NCBI GenBank assembly: GCA_041691155.1
Contig: JBEPVD010000002.1
Span: 2,109 to 66,108 of the forward strand
Length of the DNA stretch: 64,000 bases
Direction of reading: 5' to 3'
Origin: Candidatus Dormiibacterota bacterium
Lineage (GTDB): Bacteria; Chloroflexota; Dormibacteria; Aeolococcales; Aeolococcaceae
Below are positions 19,011 through 27,367 of the stretch, piece after piece. The notes under the pieces are model-generated. The model searched no databases, had not been told where the DNA came from, and was given only the letters and a program-made list of their open reading frames with translations. A program made the translations under genes and the position numbers. Each line of letters opens with the position of its first letter. The stretch's first letter is position 1.

Positions 19011-19103
19011 GGGGGCGGGTAAGCAAGAGCGGACTCCACGCTCGCTGAGCCTGGAACCATAAGATGCCCATAAGGGAAACGCGATAGGTACTAGGGGGTC
19101 GAG

Positions 19104-20225
19104 ATGAGGCGGACTCTTGCGAGCGTTGCCGGCGTAGCGGCTGTGTGGGCGACGGTCGTTTCTGGAACTGGGGCCCGCGCGACCGACGGTGTAATGGCTC
19201 GACCGATGGTCCGGACCGCGGTCTGTACGCCTGGGAAATGGGTGCAGACGCCCGCTACTGTCAGTCCGGCTATGGGACAAGGGGTCCTATTCGCTGACAC
19301 CATCGTGTCCTCCAAGGACGCCTGGGCCGTCGGCTACTACTTCACTAGTTCCGGCGTATCGGGTCGGCTCTGGGAGCAGTGGAATGGCTCGAAGTGGAAG
19401 GTCGCTACGGATGGTGGCACCGCCGACCAACTCAACGATGTGGCCAACTTCGGCGCCAGTGACGTGTGGGCAGTCGGACAGGACAAAACGAACGCACTCA
19501 TGGAACAGTGGAACGGACACACCCTCGTTCCCACGATCGTGCATGGATCCGGCATCAACACGTTGACCGCGATCAGCGGATCGTCAGCGTCGGACATCTG
19601 GGCACAGGGAAACTCGCGGAACACCTCGACCAACAAGACCCGGCTCCTGCTTTATCGGTACAACGGGACTGCGTGGATAGCGTCCCCAATCCCCAAGGGA
19701 ACGACTCAGGGCTACGGCATCCTCGATCTCTCACCAACCGACGTGCTGATGCTTGCTGGGAACACTGCGAATGGCGATCTTGGGCTGTACCGGTACAACG
19801 GAACAGCGTGGTCGCTGTCCCAAGCGAGCGTACCGCTCAGCCGTGGGCTCGAGACCAATCCGGATGCGCTGACCGGAAGCTCCGATACCGATCTGTTTGG
19901 CGTCGGCGAGTCAACTGGCGGCGACAGCGTTCAACATTGGAATGGCACTACCTGGGCAGCCGTGGGGCCACTCGCGAAGTCGGATTTCGACGCGGATGTG
20001 GCCGAAGGCCCGATCGGCACAGTGTGGTCCGCTGGATTGGGATCAAGCGCGCACGGCGGGGCCGTCTACGTGACGAGAAATGGTGTGCATCAGACCTCAC
20101 CTCCCTCGATCATGACCCAGCCAGGCCACCTGTACGGGATTGCTACCGGCTCAGGACTCGTCATCGCGGTTGGCCATCAGTTTGCGTCGCCGGGCGAGCT
20201 CATCGTGCTCATGAGCTGCGATTGA
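19104..20225 (+). CDS. secreted repeat protein, probable beta-propeller (blades marked by WNG/YNG-x2-W)
   Basis: Signal peptide MRRTLASVAGVAAVWATVVSGTGARA. Motifs EQWNGSKWKV, EQWNGHTLVP, YRYNGTAWIA, YRYNGTAWSL and QHWNGTTWAA recur every ~45-50 aa, with DVWAVG/DIWAQG-type strands. GC about 57-60% in two 60-nt samples, versus about 73% in a lon sample. Confidence 0.75.
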   Translation: MRRTLASVAGVAAVWATVVSGTGARATDGVMARPMVRTAVCTPGKWVQTPATVSPAMGQGVLFADTIVSSKDAWAVGYYFTSSGVSGRLWEQWNGSKWKVATDGGTADQLNDVANFGASDVWAVGQDKTNALMEQWNGHTLVPTIVHGSGINTLTAISGSSASDIWAQGNSRNTSTNKTRLLLYRYNGTAWIASPIPKGTTQGYGILDLSPTDVLMLAGNTANGDLGLYRYNGTAWSLSQASVPLSRGLETNPDALTGSSDTDLFGVGESTGGDSVQHWNGTTWAAVGPLAKSDFDADVAEGPIGTVWSAGLGSSAHGGAVYVTRNGVHQTSPPSIMTQPGHLYGIATGSGLVIAVGHQFASPGELIVLMSCD

Positions 20226-20250
20226 TCCAGACCGATGGGTTGGACCGCCT

Positions 20251-20320
20251 GTTGCCTATCCCTTCCGGACGCCAAACGCCTCAGTCGCACCAGTATTGTC
20301 GATTGCGCTCGATGTGCGAA
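20251..20320. repeat. copy B of the ~70-nt direct repeat (partner 18941..19010)
   Basis: See copy A. The minus strand reads TTCGCA-17nt-AATACT, pointing antisense into the 3' end of the beta-propeller gene. On the plus strand it lies 53 nt upstream of the 20373 gene. Confidence 0.8.
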
Positions 20321-20372
20321 TGCGGTCCGCACCGCTGGCCGTTCTCGCTGGAAACGCCTAGAGTGAACCTCG

Positions 20373-20879
20373 ATGAGTGCTGAGTTGAGGGCTGTCGCCG
20401 GCAAGGGCCTCCGGATCGTGATCCTTGGCGTCGTCGCGCTGGCGTGCGGCCTGACGTCACTGGTCATGGTCGCTCCGCCAGAGCCTTCCGGCGTTGTCGG
20501 CCTGGTCCTGTGCGCGATCGGTCTTGGTGCCGCGCTGGACTGGTTTTCCGTCACCACGAGCGTGTCTTCGTGGCTCTGGGAAACGGAGGTCGAGCACCCC
20601 TGGCTGGCGCGCCTGCTGGTGCCGCGAGGAGCAGCGGCGTTGCGGCTGATTGGTTTGGCCGTCGCAATCGCCGGACTTGCACTCATGCGCGACGCCGCCG
20701 TTCCCTCGAACCAGCCCGGAGGGGTCCTCGGCGTCGGCGGACATCTCGTCGCCGCCGCGGCCATTGTTGAACTGATCGCAACGCTGTATGCAGGCTCGGT
20801 CGTGGCCCGGGAGTACCGCCACACCAAAGACCTTGATCACAAGCTGCAACGAGCAGCTTCGGGCAGCGCTCGCAGCTAG
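20373..20879 (+). CDS. hypothetical integral membrane protein (168 aa)
   Basis: Four hydrophobic segments (IVILGVVALACGLTSLVMV, VVGLVLCAIGLGAAL, LIGLAVAIAGLALM, LVAAAAIVELIATLYAG). No family recognised. Confidence 0.6.
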   Translation: MSAELRAVAGKGLRIVILGVVALACGLTSLVMVAPPEPSGVVGLVLCAIGLGAALDWFSVTTSVSSWLWETEVEHPWLARLLVPRGAAALRLIGLAVAIAGLALMRDAAVPSNQPGGVLGVGGHLVAAAAIVELIATLYAGSVVAREYRHTKDLDHKLQRAASGSARS

Positions 20880-20896
20880 AGGTTCGTACGCGGTAG

Positions 20897-21514
20897 TCAG
20901 TCGGAGGTGTGTCCGACGCGGTAGCGGACGTGCGTGGCGAGCGGCGAGTAAACAACTTCGACCGGCTGCAGGCCAGGGTCTGCCACACCGTCGAAAAGCC
21001 GTTCGCCTTGGCCGAGCAGGATCGGCGCGATATTGAGCACCAACTCGTCGATTGCCCCTGCGGCGAAAGCCTGGCGCATCGTCGAGGCGCCGCCGGCAAC
21101 GCTGACGTCCCGGTCTTCGGCGGCCGCTTTCGCCTGCGCGAGCGCATCGCCGAATCCCGTGGTGACGAAGTGAAACGTGGTGCCACCGTCCATCGGCATC
21201 GGGTCATGCGGATGATGCGTGAGCACGAAAACCGGTGCGTGATATGGCGGGTCTTCGCCCCACCATCCGCGCCAATCAGCATCCCATTCACCGCGGATGG
21301 GTCCGAACATGTTGCGGCCCATGACGAACGCGCCCCGCGGACGCAGCAGCTCGTCGCGCAGCCGGGCGTCGCTGTCGTGTCCCGGCTCGTCGGCGCGGAA
21401 ATGCCACTGGTGGAGCCGGAGACCGCCGACGCCGATCGGATCCTCCCTGGTTTGGCCCGGTCCGGCGACGAAGCCGTCGAGCGAGATGGACATATGCGCG
21501 GTGACCCGTGGCAT
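20897..21514 (-). CDS. dihydrofolate-reductase-family protein (RibD C-terminal domain type)
   Basis: MSISLDGFVAGP...AFVMGRNMF...VSVAGGASTMRQAFAAGAIDELVLNIAPILLGQGERLF. Confidence 0.85.
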   Translation of the reverse strand: MPRVTAHMSISLDGFVAGPGQTREDPIGVGGLRLHQWHFRADEPGHDSDARLRDELLRPRGAFVMGRNMFGPIRGEWDADWRGWWGEDPPYHAPVFVLTHHPHDPMPMDGGTTFHFVTTGFGDALAQAKAAAEDRDVSVAGGASTMRQAFAAGAIDELVLNIAPILLGQGERLFDGVADPGLQPVEVVYSPLATHVRYRVGHTSD

Positions 21515-21584
21515 GCAAGCATGCTAGCGGTCGAGCTTCAGCACTCGTGACCGCGTGCTGTGACGCCGCGCCCGAGGCCGACCG

Positions 21585-21965
21585 TCAGCCGAGCGACAGG
21601 GACACTGACCCCTTTGGATGGGCAAGCAACGTCCCGGTGCCCTCGCTGCCTTTGAGGGCACCGGTTCCGGAGAGCACAGTCAATGCCGCTGTAGCAGCCC
21701 CATCCTTGAACGCTCCGACATGCTGCAGCACCAGGCTGCACTTCTTGCCGGCGACGGTGCCTTTGATTCGCTCGATGCCAACGAAAATCGCGGATTGGTC
21801 CGGCTCATAGGCCATGAGCCATTCGGTCGCCGACGTCCCGGTGATGTCGCCCGTATAAGTCTTTTTCACTGACGCTCGCGTCAACTTCGCGACTCCGCGA
21901 CCCTCGTCGAACGGAACCTCGTCCCACCCTGCGATCTCGAAGGCGGCCTTGATCTTTGTGCTCAT
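21585..21965 (-). CDS. DUF3224 domain protein
   Basis: KLTRASVKKTYTGDITGTSATEWLMAY...FVGIERIKGTVAGKKCSLVLQHVG matches my memory of DUF3224. ATG 21965 chosen within the 21585..22064 ORF. Confidence 0.75.
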   Translation of the reverse strand: MSTKIKAAFEIAGWDEVPFDEGRGVAKLTRASVKKTYTGDITGTSATEWLMAYEPDQSAIFVGIERIKGTVAGKKCSLVLQHVGAFKDGAATAALTVLSGTGALKGSEGTGTLLAHPKGSVSLSLG

Positions 21966-21992
21966 CTGCGGACTCCCGATAGCTGGGCTAAC

Positions 21993-22009
21993 ATATGACT
22001 CAGTCATAT
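21993..22009. promoter_or_regulatory. AT-rich inverted repeat ATATGAC-TCA-GTCATAT, candidate MarR operator overlapping a TATTAT -10
   Basis: Read directly in the 78-nt divergent region between DUF3224 (start 21965) and MarR (GTG 22044). TATTAT at 22007..22012. Confidence 0.45.
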
Positions 22010-22043
22010 TATCTGCTCGTACCCTTGAGGACCAGCCTGAGCC

Positions 22044-22616
22044 GTGCGCGACCGTGCAGATCAACGTCTGGAAAACCTGATGGGTGCGCTGTCGCTCGCC
22101 ATATCCGACGAGATCGCTGACGCCGCGATGACGGTTTCGGGGCTCGGTGACGCGGCGCCCGCAGCGCTAGTGGCGCTGCACGAGTCGGGCCGCGGTCGAT
22201 CCATCGACTATCTGCGTCAGATGGTTGGCCTCACCCACTCCGGCGCGGTGCGTCTCGTCGATCGTCTCGTCGAGGCGGGCAATGTCGAGCGCGGCATCGG
22301 ACGCGACGGACGTTCGGTCGGGCTGCAACTCACACGCCGCGGAGCAGACACGGCCCGTCGAATCCGGGCTGCTCGACGCGAGTCCCTGGTTCGAACGCTG
22401 GCGACCCTCGGCGACGCTGACCGCGCGACCCTCACCCGACTCTGCGAAGTGCTCCTCGAAAACGTAACCGAGCAGAAAATACGCCGGCGCGATGCCGGCG
22501 ACCAGCCCTCTGGTGGCGCGCTGTGTCGCCTGTGCGACTTCGCCTCATGTGGCCGGAACGATGGTCGCTGTCCGACCGCGCAAACCGCAGCTGCCCAGGT
22601 GGCGCGGGAGCGCTAG
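22044..22616 (+). CDS. MarR-family transcriptional regulator with Cys-rich C-terminal extension
   Basis: Winged-helix core IDYLRQMVGLTHSGAVRLVDRLVEAGNVERGIGRDGRSVGLQLTRRG. The tail contains CRLCDFASCGRNDGRC. Confidence 0.8.
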   Translation: MRDRADQRLENLMGALSLAISDEIADAAMTVSGLGDAAPAALVALHESGRGRSIDYLRQMVGLTHSGAVRLVDRLVEAGNVERGIGRDGRSVGLQLTRRGADTARRIRAARRESLVRTLATLGDADRATLTRLCEVLLENVTEQKIRRRDAGDQPSGGALCRLCDFASCGRNDGRCPTAQTAAAQVARER

Positions 22617-22716
22617 GCCCGGTCAGCCCCGCCGGTTTTATGGACCATGACGATCGGTTTCGGGCTCGACCCAGTGGGTATTACCCTAGAGCGATCACAC
22701 CACGAGGAGCGATGCG

Positions 22717-23238
22717 ATGAGCGAGACAATTGAGAAGGCAATTCTGGCCGGGGGCTGTTTCTGGGGCGTCCAGGACCTCATCCGTCACCAGCCGGGGGTG
22801 ATCTCGACGCGGGTCGGCTACAGCGGAGGCGAAGTTCCGAACGCCACCTACCGTCATCACGGCAACCACGCCGAGGCGGTCGAGATCATCTTCGATCCCA
22901 CCCGGACCTCGTACCGGGATCTGCTCGAGTTCTTCTTCCAGGTCCACGATCCGAGCACGATGAATCGCCAGGGAAACGACCGCGGGGCGAGTTACCGCTC
23001 GGCGATCTTCTACACCAGCGATGAACAGAAGAGGGTCGCCGAGGACACGATCGCCGATGTCGATGCGTCGAGGCTGTGGCCAGGCAAGGTCGTCACCGAG
23101 GTCGCTCCAGCGGGTCCCTTCTGGGAGGCGGAACCGGAGCATCAGGACTACCTGCAGAAGTACCCGGCGGGGTACACCTGCCATTTCGTGCGCCCAGGCT
23201 GGAAATTGCCGAAGCGCGCCGATGCTGTGACCGCCTAA
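22717..23238 (+). CDS. msrA: peptide-methionine (S)-S-oxide reductase
   Basis: Active-site motif [14 protein letters not shown] and family-wide conservation (GYSGG...[13 protein letters not shown]). Confidence 0.95.
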   Translation: MSETIEKAILAGGCFWGVQDLIRHQPGVISTRVGYSGGEVPNATYRHHGNHAEAVEIIFDPTRTSYRDLLEFFFQVHDPSTMNRQGNDRGASYRSAIFYTSDEQKRVAEDTIADVDASRLWPGKVVTEVAPAGPFWEAEPEHQDYLQKYPAGYTCHFVRPGWKLPKRADAVTA

Positions 23239-23292
23239 TACCGTCGGGTAGCACCGTCCCTGTGGGTCGATTGCAAATGAGGCAACGCCGGC

Positions 23293-24999
23293 GTGAGTCC
23301 TGAGCCGTCGGCCACGCACACACCGATTTTTGACGCGGAGACCGATCCCGCGTTTCCGACGCTCAGCCAGGAACTCCTGGACGAGCTCGGTGGGTTTGGA
23401 GACATCCGAACCGTCGATCCCGGCGTGGTCCTGTTTCACGTCGGCGCGGCGCCTGACGAGTTCTTTGTGCTCGTGGAGGGGCATATCGAAGTCGTGCGCG
23501 AGGACGGCTCGAACGACGTGGTGGTCGCCTATCGCGACGGTCAATTCGTCGGTGAAATGAGTCTGCTGACGGGACAACATGCCTTCCTCGCCGCGCGCAC
23601 CACGACGCGGTCACAGATATTGGTGATTCCGCAAGCGGCGTTCCGCACGCTCATGGCCACGAAACCTGCGATTGCAGATGTGGTCTTCGGTGCGCTCCTC
23701 GCGCGCCGCGAGGCACTCCGGCGCAGTGCGGCCACCGCATCCATCCGCATCGTCGGTTCCCGATACTCCCCCGAAGCCCTTGCACTTCGCACGTTCGCAG
23801 CGCGAAATCGCCTTCCCTACAGCTGGATCGACCTGGAAGACGCGGAGGACGTTCATGCGCTGCTGAGCACGGCGGCCCTCACCGCCGGGGACACACCGGT
23901 CGTCTTCACCGCGACTGCCGTACTCCGGCGCCCCACGCCGGGCGAACTTGCGGAGTCGCTGGGGTTGACGTATCGCTCGGTGCCCGGCCGTACGTTTGAC
24001 CTGGTGATCGTGGGCGCAGGGCCGGCAGGTCTCGCGGCCGCCGTCAACGGCGCGGCGGAAGGCTTGGAGACGGTGGCCATCGACGCCGTCGGACCCGGAG
24101 GGCAAGCCGGCTCAAGCTCGCGCATCGAGAACTACCCGGGATTTCCCACCGGCATCTCGGGTGGCGACCTGACTGCCGGTGTCGCCGCGCAAGCGCAACG
24201 CCTCGGGGCCGAGATCTTCAGCCCCTGCACGGTCTCTGGTCATCGCACCGAGCAAGGCATCCACGTGCTGGAGCTCACGGATGGGAGTGAGATTCCAACC
24301 CGCTCCGTGATCGTCGCAACGGGTGCGCACTACCAACGCCTTGATATTTCAAATCTTCTTGAGTTCGAAGGTAACGGCGTGTACTACGCGGCGACCGACC
24401 TTGAGGTCCGGACCTGCGGAGGAGCCGATGTCGTCGTGGTGGGCGGCGGCAACTCAGCGGGACAAGCAGCGCTCTATCTGAGCCGTTCCGGGAGCCGGGT
24501 ATCGCTCGTCATTCGACGACCCGGACTGCACGAGACCATGTCGGCATACCTCGTTGACCGCATCGATGTGGACCCGAAGATCAACGTGGTGGTGGAGACC
24601 GAAGTGTGCGGACTTGAGGGCACGGGACACCTCGACCACGTCGCCCTGCGACACACACCGTCCGGTCGAACGACCACCCAGGAGTCGGCTGCCCTCTTCT
24701 GCTTTATCGGTGCGCGGCCGGCGACAGGCTGGCTCAAGGGCGCCGTCGCGCTCGACGAGAACGGATTTATCCTGACGGATCGGTCCCTTCCCCGCGACGC
24801 CGCGCTGGATCCTGTCTTTGCGAGCCGCGAACCGCTGTTGTTCGAGACCTCGATGCCCGGTATCTTCGCTGCCGGCGATGTGCGCTCCGGTTCGTTGAAA
24901 CGCGTGGCGTCCTCGGTCGGCGAGGGATCCAGTTCGATCGCGTCTGTCTACCACTACGTTCGGACCGTCTCGGAACATCCGGCGGGCGCCAGGCCGTAG
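23293..24999 (+). CDS. cyclic-nucleotide-binding domain + glutaredoxin-like linker + thioredoxin-reductase-like FAD/NAD(P) oxidoreductase
   Basis: cNMP domain (FFVLVEGHIEVVRE...GQFVGEMSLL), FAD GxGxxG (VIVGAGPAGLAAA) and NADPH site (VVVGGGNSAGQAALYL). There is no CxxC anywhere: GVYYAATDLE replaces the TrxR CATCDG, and SRYSPEA replaces a Grx CPxC. Confidence 0.85.
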   Translation: MSPEPSATHTPIFDAETDPAFPTLSQELLDELGGFGDIRTVDPGVVLFHVGAAPDEFFVLVEGHIEVVREDGSNDVVVAYRDGQFVGEMSLLTGQHAFLAARTTTRSQILVIPQAAFRTLMATKPAIADVVFGALLARREALRRSAATASIRIVGSRYSPEALALRTFAARNRLPYSWIDLEDAEDVHALLSTAALTAGDTPVVFTATAVLRRPTPGELAESLGLTYRSVPGRTFDLVIVGAGPAGLAAAVNGAAEGLETVAIDAVGPGGQAGSSSRIENYPGFPTGISGGDLTAGVAAQAQRLGAEIFSPCTVSGHRTEQGIHVLELTDGSEIPTRSVIVATGAHYQRLDISNLLEFEGNGVYYAATDLEVRTCGGADVVVVGGGNSAGQAALYLSRSGSRVSLVIRRPGLHETMSAYLVDRIDVDPKINVVVETEVCGLEGTGHLDHVALRHTPSGRTTTQESAALFCFIGARPATGWLKGAVALDENGFILTDRSLPRDAALDPVFASREPLLFETSMPGIFAAGDVRSGSLKRVASSVGEGSSSIASVYHYVRTVSEHPAGARP

Positions 25000-25004
25000 T
25001 ACCC

Positions 25005-25034
25005 GCCCGCCCGGCCGGTCTGAGCCGGGAGGGC
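25005..25034 (+). terminator. GC-rich hairpin downstream of the flavoprotein gene
   Basis: Arms 25005..25015 and 25024..25034 pair with one mismatch and an 8-nt loop. No U-tract, as is common for high-GC actinobacterial terminators. Confidence 0.35.
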
Positions 25035-25123
25035 CGTCAACGCTTCAATCTGCGCTGAGGGCTGGCTCGCGCCTCGTTCGGGGCGAGGGCCGTGCAGTCC
25101 ATGTTGGCTAGGATGAGCCGGTC

Positions 25124-25528
25124 ATGAGCCCCCGGCTTTCCGTTGGTCGGCGCGAGCGGTTCAGCGCCGCACATCAGCTGCGCGACCCGGCCCTCTCCGA
25201 AGCGGAGAATCAGGAACGGTTCGGACCCTGCGTCAACGTGCACGGCCACAACTACGTCGTCGAGGTGCTCGTCAGCGGCGATCCGGACAGTCGCGGGTAT
25301 GTGTGCGATCTCCGGGCCCTCGGGGCTGTGGTTCGGGAGCGAGTCATCGATGACGTCGATCATCGCGACCTGAACCACGACGTCCCGTGGCTCGCGAACA
25401 TGCTGCCGACCACTGAAGCCCTGGCCGCGGCATTCTGGGATCGCCTCGTCGACCACATGCCCGGCGGCCGTCTCGAGAGGGTTCGCGTGTTTGAAACCGA
25501 CAAGAACTTTGCCGATTGCACACGTTGA
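25124..25528 (+). CDS. COG0720 family 6-pyruvoyl-tetrahydropterin synthase / 6-carboxytetrahydropterin synthase (QueD-like)
   Basis: RFSAAHQL...SEAENQERFGPCVNVHGHNYVVEV...DHRDLNHDVPWL...VFETDKNF. Cys-x3-His-Gly-His spacing. TAGGAT -10-like hexamer at 25109..25114, with no SD before the ATG. Confidence 0.85.
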   Translation: MSPRLSVGRRERFSAAHQLRDPALSEAENQERFGPCVNVHGHNYVVEVLVSGDPDSRGYVCDLRALGAVVRERVIDDVDHRDLNHDVPWLANMLPTTEALAAAFWDRLVDHMPGGRLERVRVFETDKNFADCTR

Positions 25529-26273
25529 CGGCCCGCTGGCCGATCGATATGACCAGTCTGCGCTGGCGATTTTCGACCGCGAGGAGCGAGAGCGTTTTCT
25601 CGACAGCGCCGGCCGGCCCCGGGACGCCACACAGGTGCAATGGGAACTGCTCTACCGACACGAGCCCTGGTTGTTCGCGCGCCTGATCGCCGGTGAGCGG
25701 CTCCATCCGGGGATCCTCGAATGGTTGCCCGCTCACGCGTCGCGTGCACTCGAGATCGGCGCCGGGACGGGGCGATTGACGCTGGACCTGGCGCCGCGAT
25801 GCGATCGCCTGACCGCGGTCGAGCCCGCCGCGCCGCTGCGCCAGATACTCCGCGAGCGGCTGATCGCCGCGGGACACAGCGATGTCGAGGTGCTGCGCGG
25901 CTTCTTCGACGCCCTCCCGCTGGAAGCGGGCGATTGCGATCTCGTGATCCTGTGCTCCGCCTTTGCGCCAGGGGCCATGGCCGATCCAGATCGATGCCTC
26001 GCGGCCCTAGAAAGCCGGTGTGCGCGGGGTGGTCTCATCGTCTCCGTGTGGCCCAACGACGTGGCGTGGTGGAACGGGCACGGATTCGCATATGTCAGTT
26101 TCGAAGGACCGATGTCGGTTGAATTCGGCACGGTCGACGAGGCTCTGGCACTGGCTCGCATCTTCTATCCGCATGCCACGGCTGCAATCGCCGAGCGCAA
26201 GGCCAGCGCCATCGATTACGACGTCCTGAAGATCAACCCACCACGCGACCTGTGCTGGAAACGGTTGGGCTGA
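25491..26273 (+). CDS. class I SAM-dependent methyltransferase
   Basis: Motif I ALEIGAGTGRLTLDLA. Start uncertain (TTG 25491 or TTG 25509); both overlap the upstream stop at 25526..25528. Confidence 0.75.
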   Translation: MKPTRTLPIAHVDGPLADRYDQSALAIFDREERERFLDSAGRPRDATQVQWELLYRHEPWLFARLIAGERLHPGILEWLPAHASRALEIGAGTGRLTLDLAPRCDRLTAVEPAAPLRQILRERLIAAGHSDVEVLRGFFDALPLEAGDCDLVILCSAFAPGAMADPDRCLAALESRCARGGLIVSVWPNDVAWWNGHGFAYVSFEGPMSVEFGTVDEALALARIFYPHATAAIAERKASAIDYDVLKINPPRDLCWKRLG

Positions 26274-27367
26274 TGCGTATCGCGCTGATCGCACCCTTGG
26301 TGTCCCCCATCCTCGATCCGCAGCAGGGCGGCGCGCAGTCAGTCGTCGCCGATCTGGCACGTGCGCTGGGTAAACGCGGCCATGATGTCGTGCTCTTTGC
26401 CAGCACGGGATCCGACGTGCCAGGCGTTGCGGTGCGAACGCTCGGCATCGAATCCGCCCCCCTCCGGAGCGCCACCTATCGGCACAACGGGATCACGGTA
26501 GTGCCGCCGGCCATGCGTGATGCCTATCGCACCATCTATCAGCACGTGAGCGCGGAGCGGTTCGACATCATGCATAACCACGGCTTCGACCGACCCGCAG
26601 TCACGGTCGCGGCTGAGTGCGGACTCCCGGCGCTCCACACGCTGCACCTCCCTCCCAACGACGCGATGGTCGAGGCGATCACCGGCGTCCGCGATCACCG
26701 CGCCGCCGTGTGGTGCGCTGCAGTATCACGGGCCGCGGAGTCATCCTGGCGATCGCGCGTTCCCATCGACGGCGTCCTGCCGAATGGCGTTCCCGTGGAT
26801 GCGATACGGTTCGTTGCCGACGCCGGCCGGGGGGTGGTCATCGCGTCCCGCTTCAGTCCCGAAAAGGGTATGGCTGAAGGGGTGACGGCCGCACGGCGCG
26901 CGGGCCTGTCGTGTGACGTCTACGGCACCCCGTACGACAGGGACTACGAGATCGCAGTGCGCAGCGCCTGGGAGCACGACGGGCTGGTCACCTTCCACGC
27001 GCCGGTGGACCGGACGGCACTCTGGATCGCGTTGGGCCGAGCTGCCGTGCTGCTCTGCCTGTCGCGCTGGGAGGAGCCGTTCGGTCTTGTCGCCGCGGAA
27101 GCCCAGGCCGCCGGCACCCCCGTGATCGCGTCGGCGCGCGGTGGGTTGCCCGAGGTGGTGCGTGACGGGGTCACCGGCTTTGTCGTCGACCCCGACGAGA
27201 CGGATGCCATTGCGGATGCTCTTGCCAACATCGGCCAGATCTCTCGAGCCGCGTGCCGCCACCACGCGGACCACGCGCTGGATCTGGCCACATCGGTGAC
27301 ACGCCACGAAGATCTCTATGCGCGTTGTTCGGTACCTGCCGCGCTCGTTGAAGGTCGACCGTCATGA
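26273..27367 (+). CDS. GT4-family (GT-B) glycosyltransferase
   Basis: MRIALIAPLVSP...GGAQSVVADLARALGKRGHDV and the EX7E region EEPFGLVAAEAQAAGTPVIASARGGLPEVV. TGATG overlap with the methyltransferase stop. Confidence 0.85.
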   Translation: MRIALIAPLVSPILDPQQGGAQSVVADLARALGKRGHDVVLFASTGSDVPGVAVRTLGIESAPLRSATYRHNGITVVPPAMRDAYRTIYQHVSAERFDIMHNHGFDRPAVTVAAECGLPALHTLHLPPNDAMVEAITGVRDHRAAVWCAAVSRAAESSWRSRVPIDGVLPNGVPVDAIRFVADAGRGVVIASRFSPEKGMAEGVTAARRAGLSCDVYGTPYDRDYEIAVRSAWEHDGLVTFHAPVDRTALWIALGRAAVLLCLSRWEEPFGLVAAEAQAAGTPVIASARGGLPEVVRDGVTGFVVDPDETDAIADALANIGQISRAACRHHADHALDLATSVTRHEDLYARCSVPAALVEGRPS

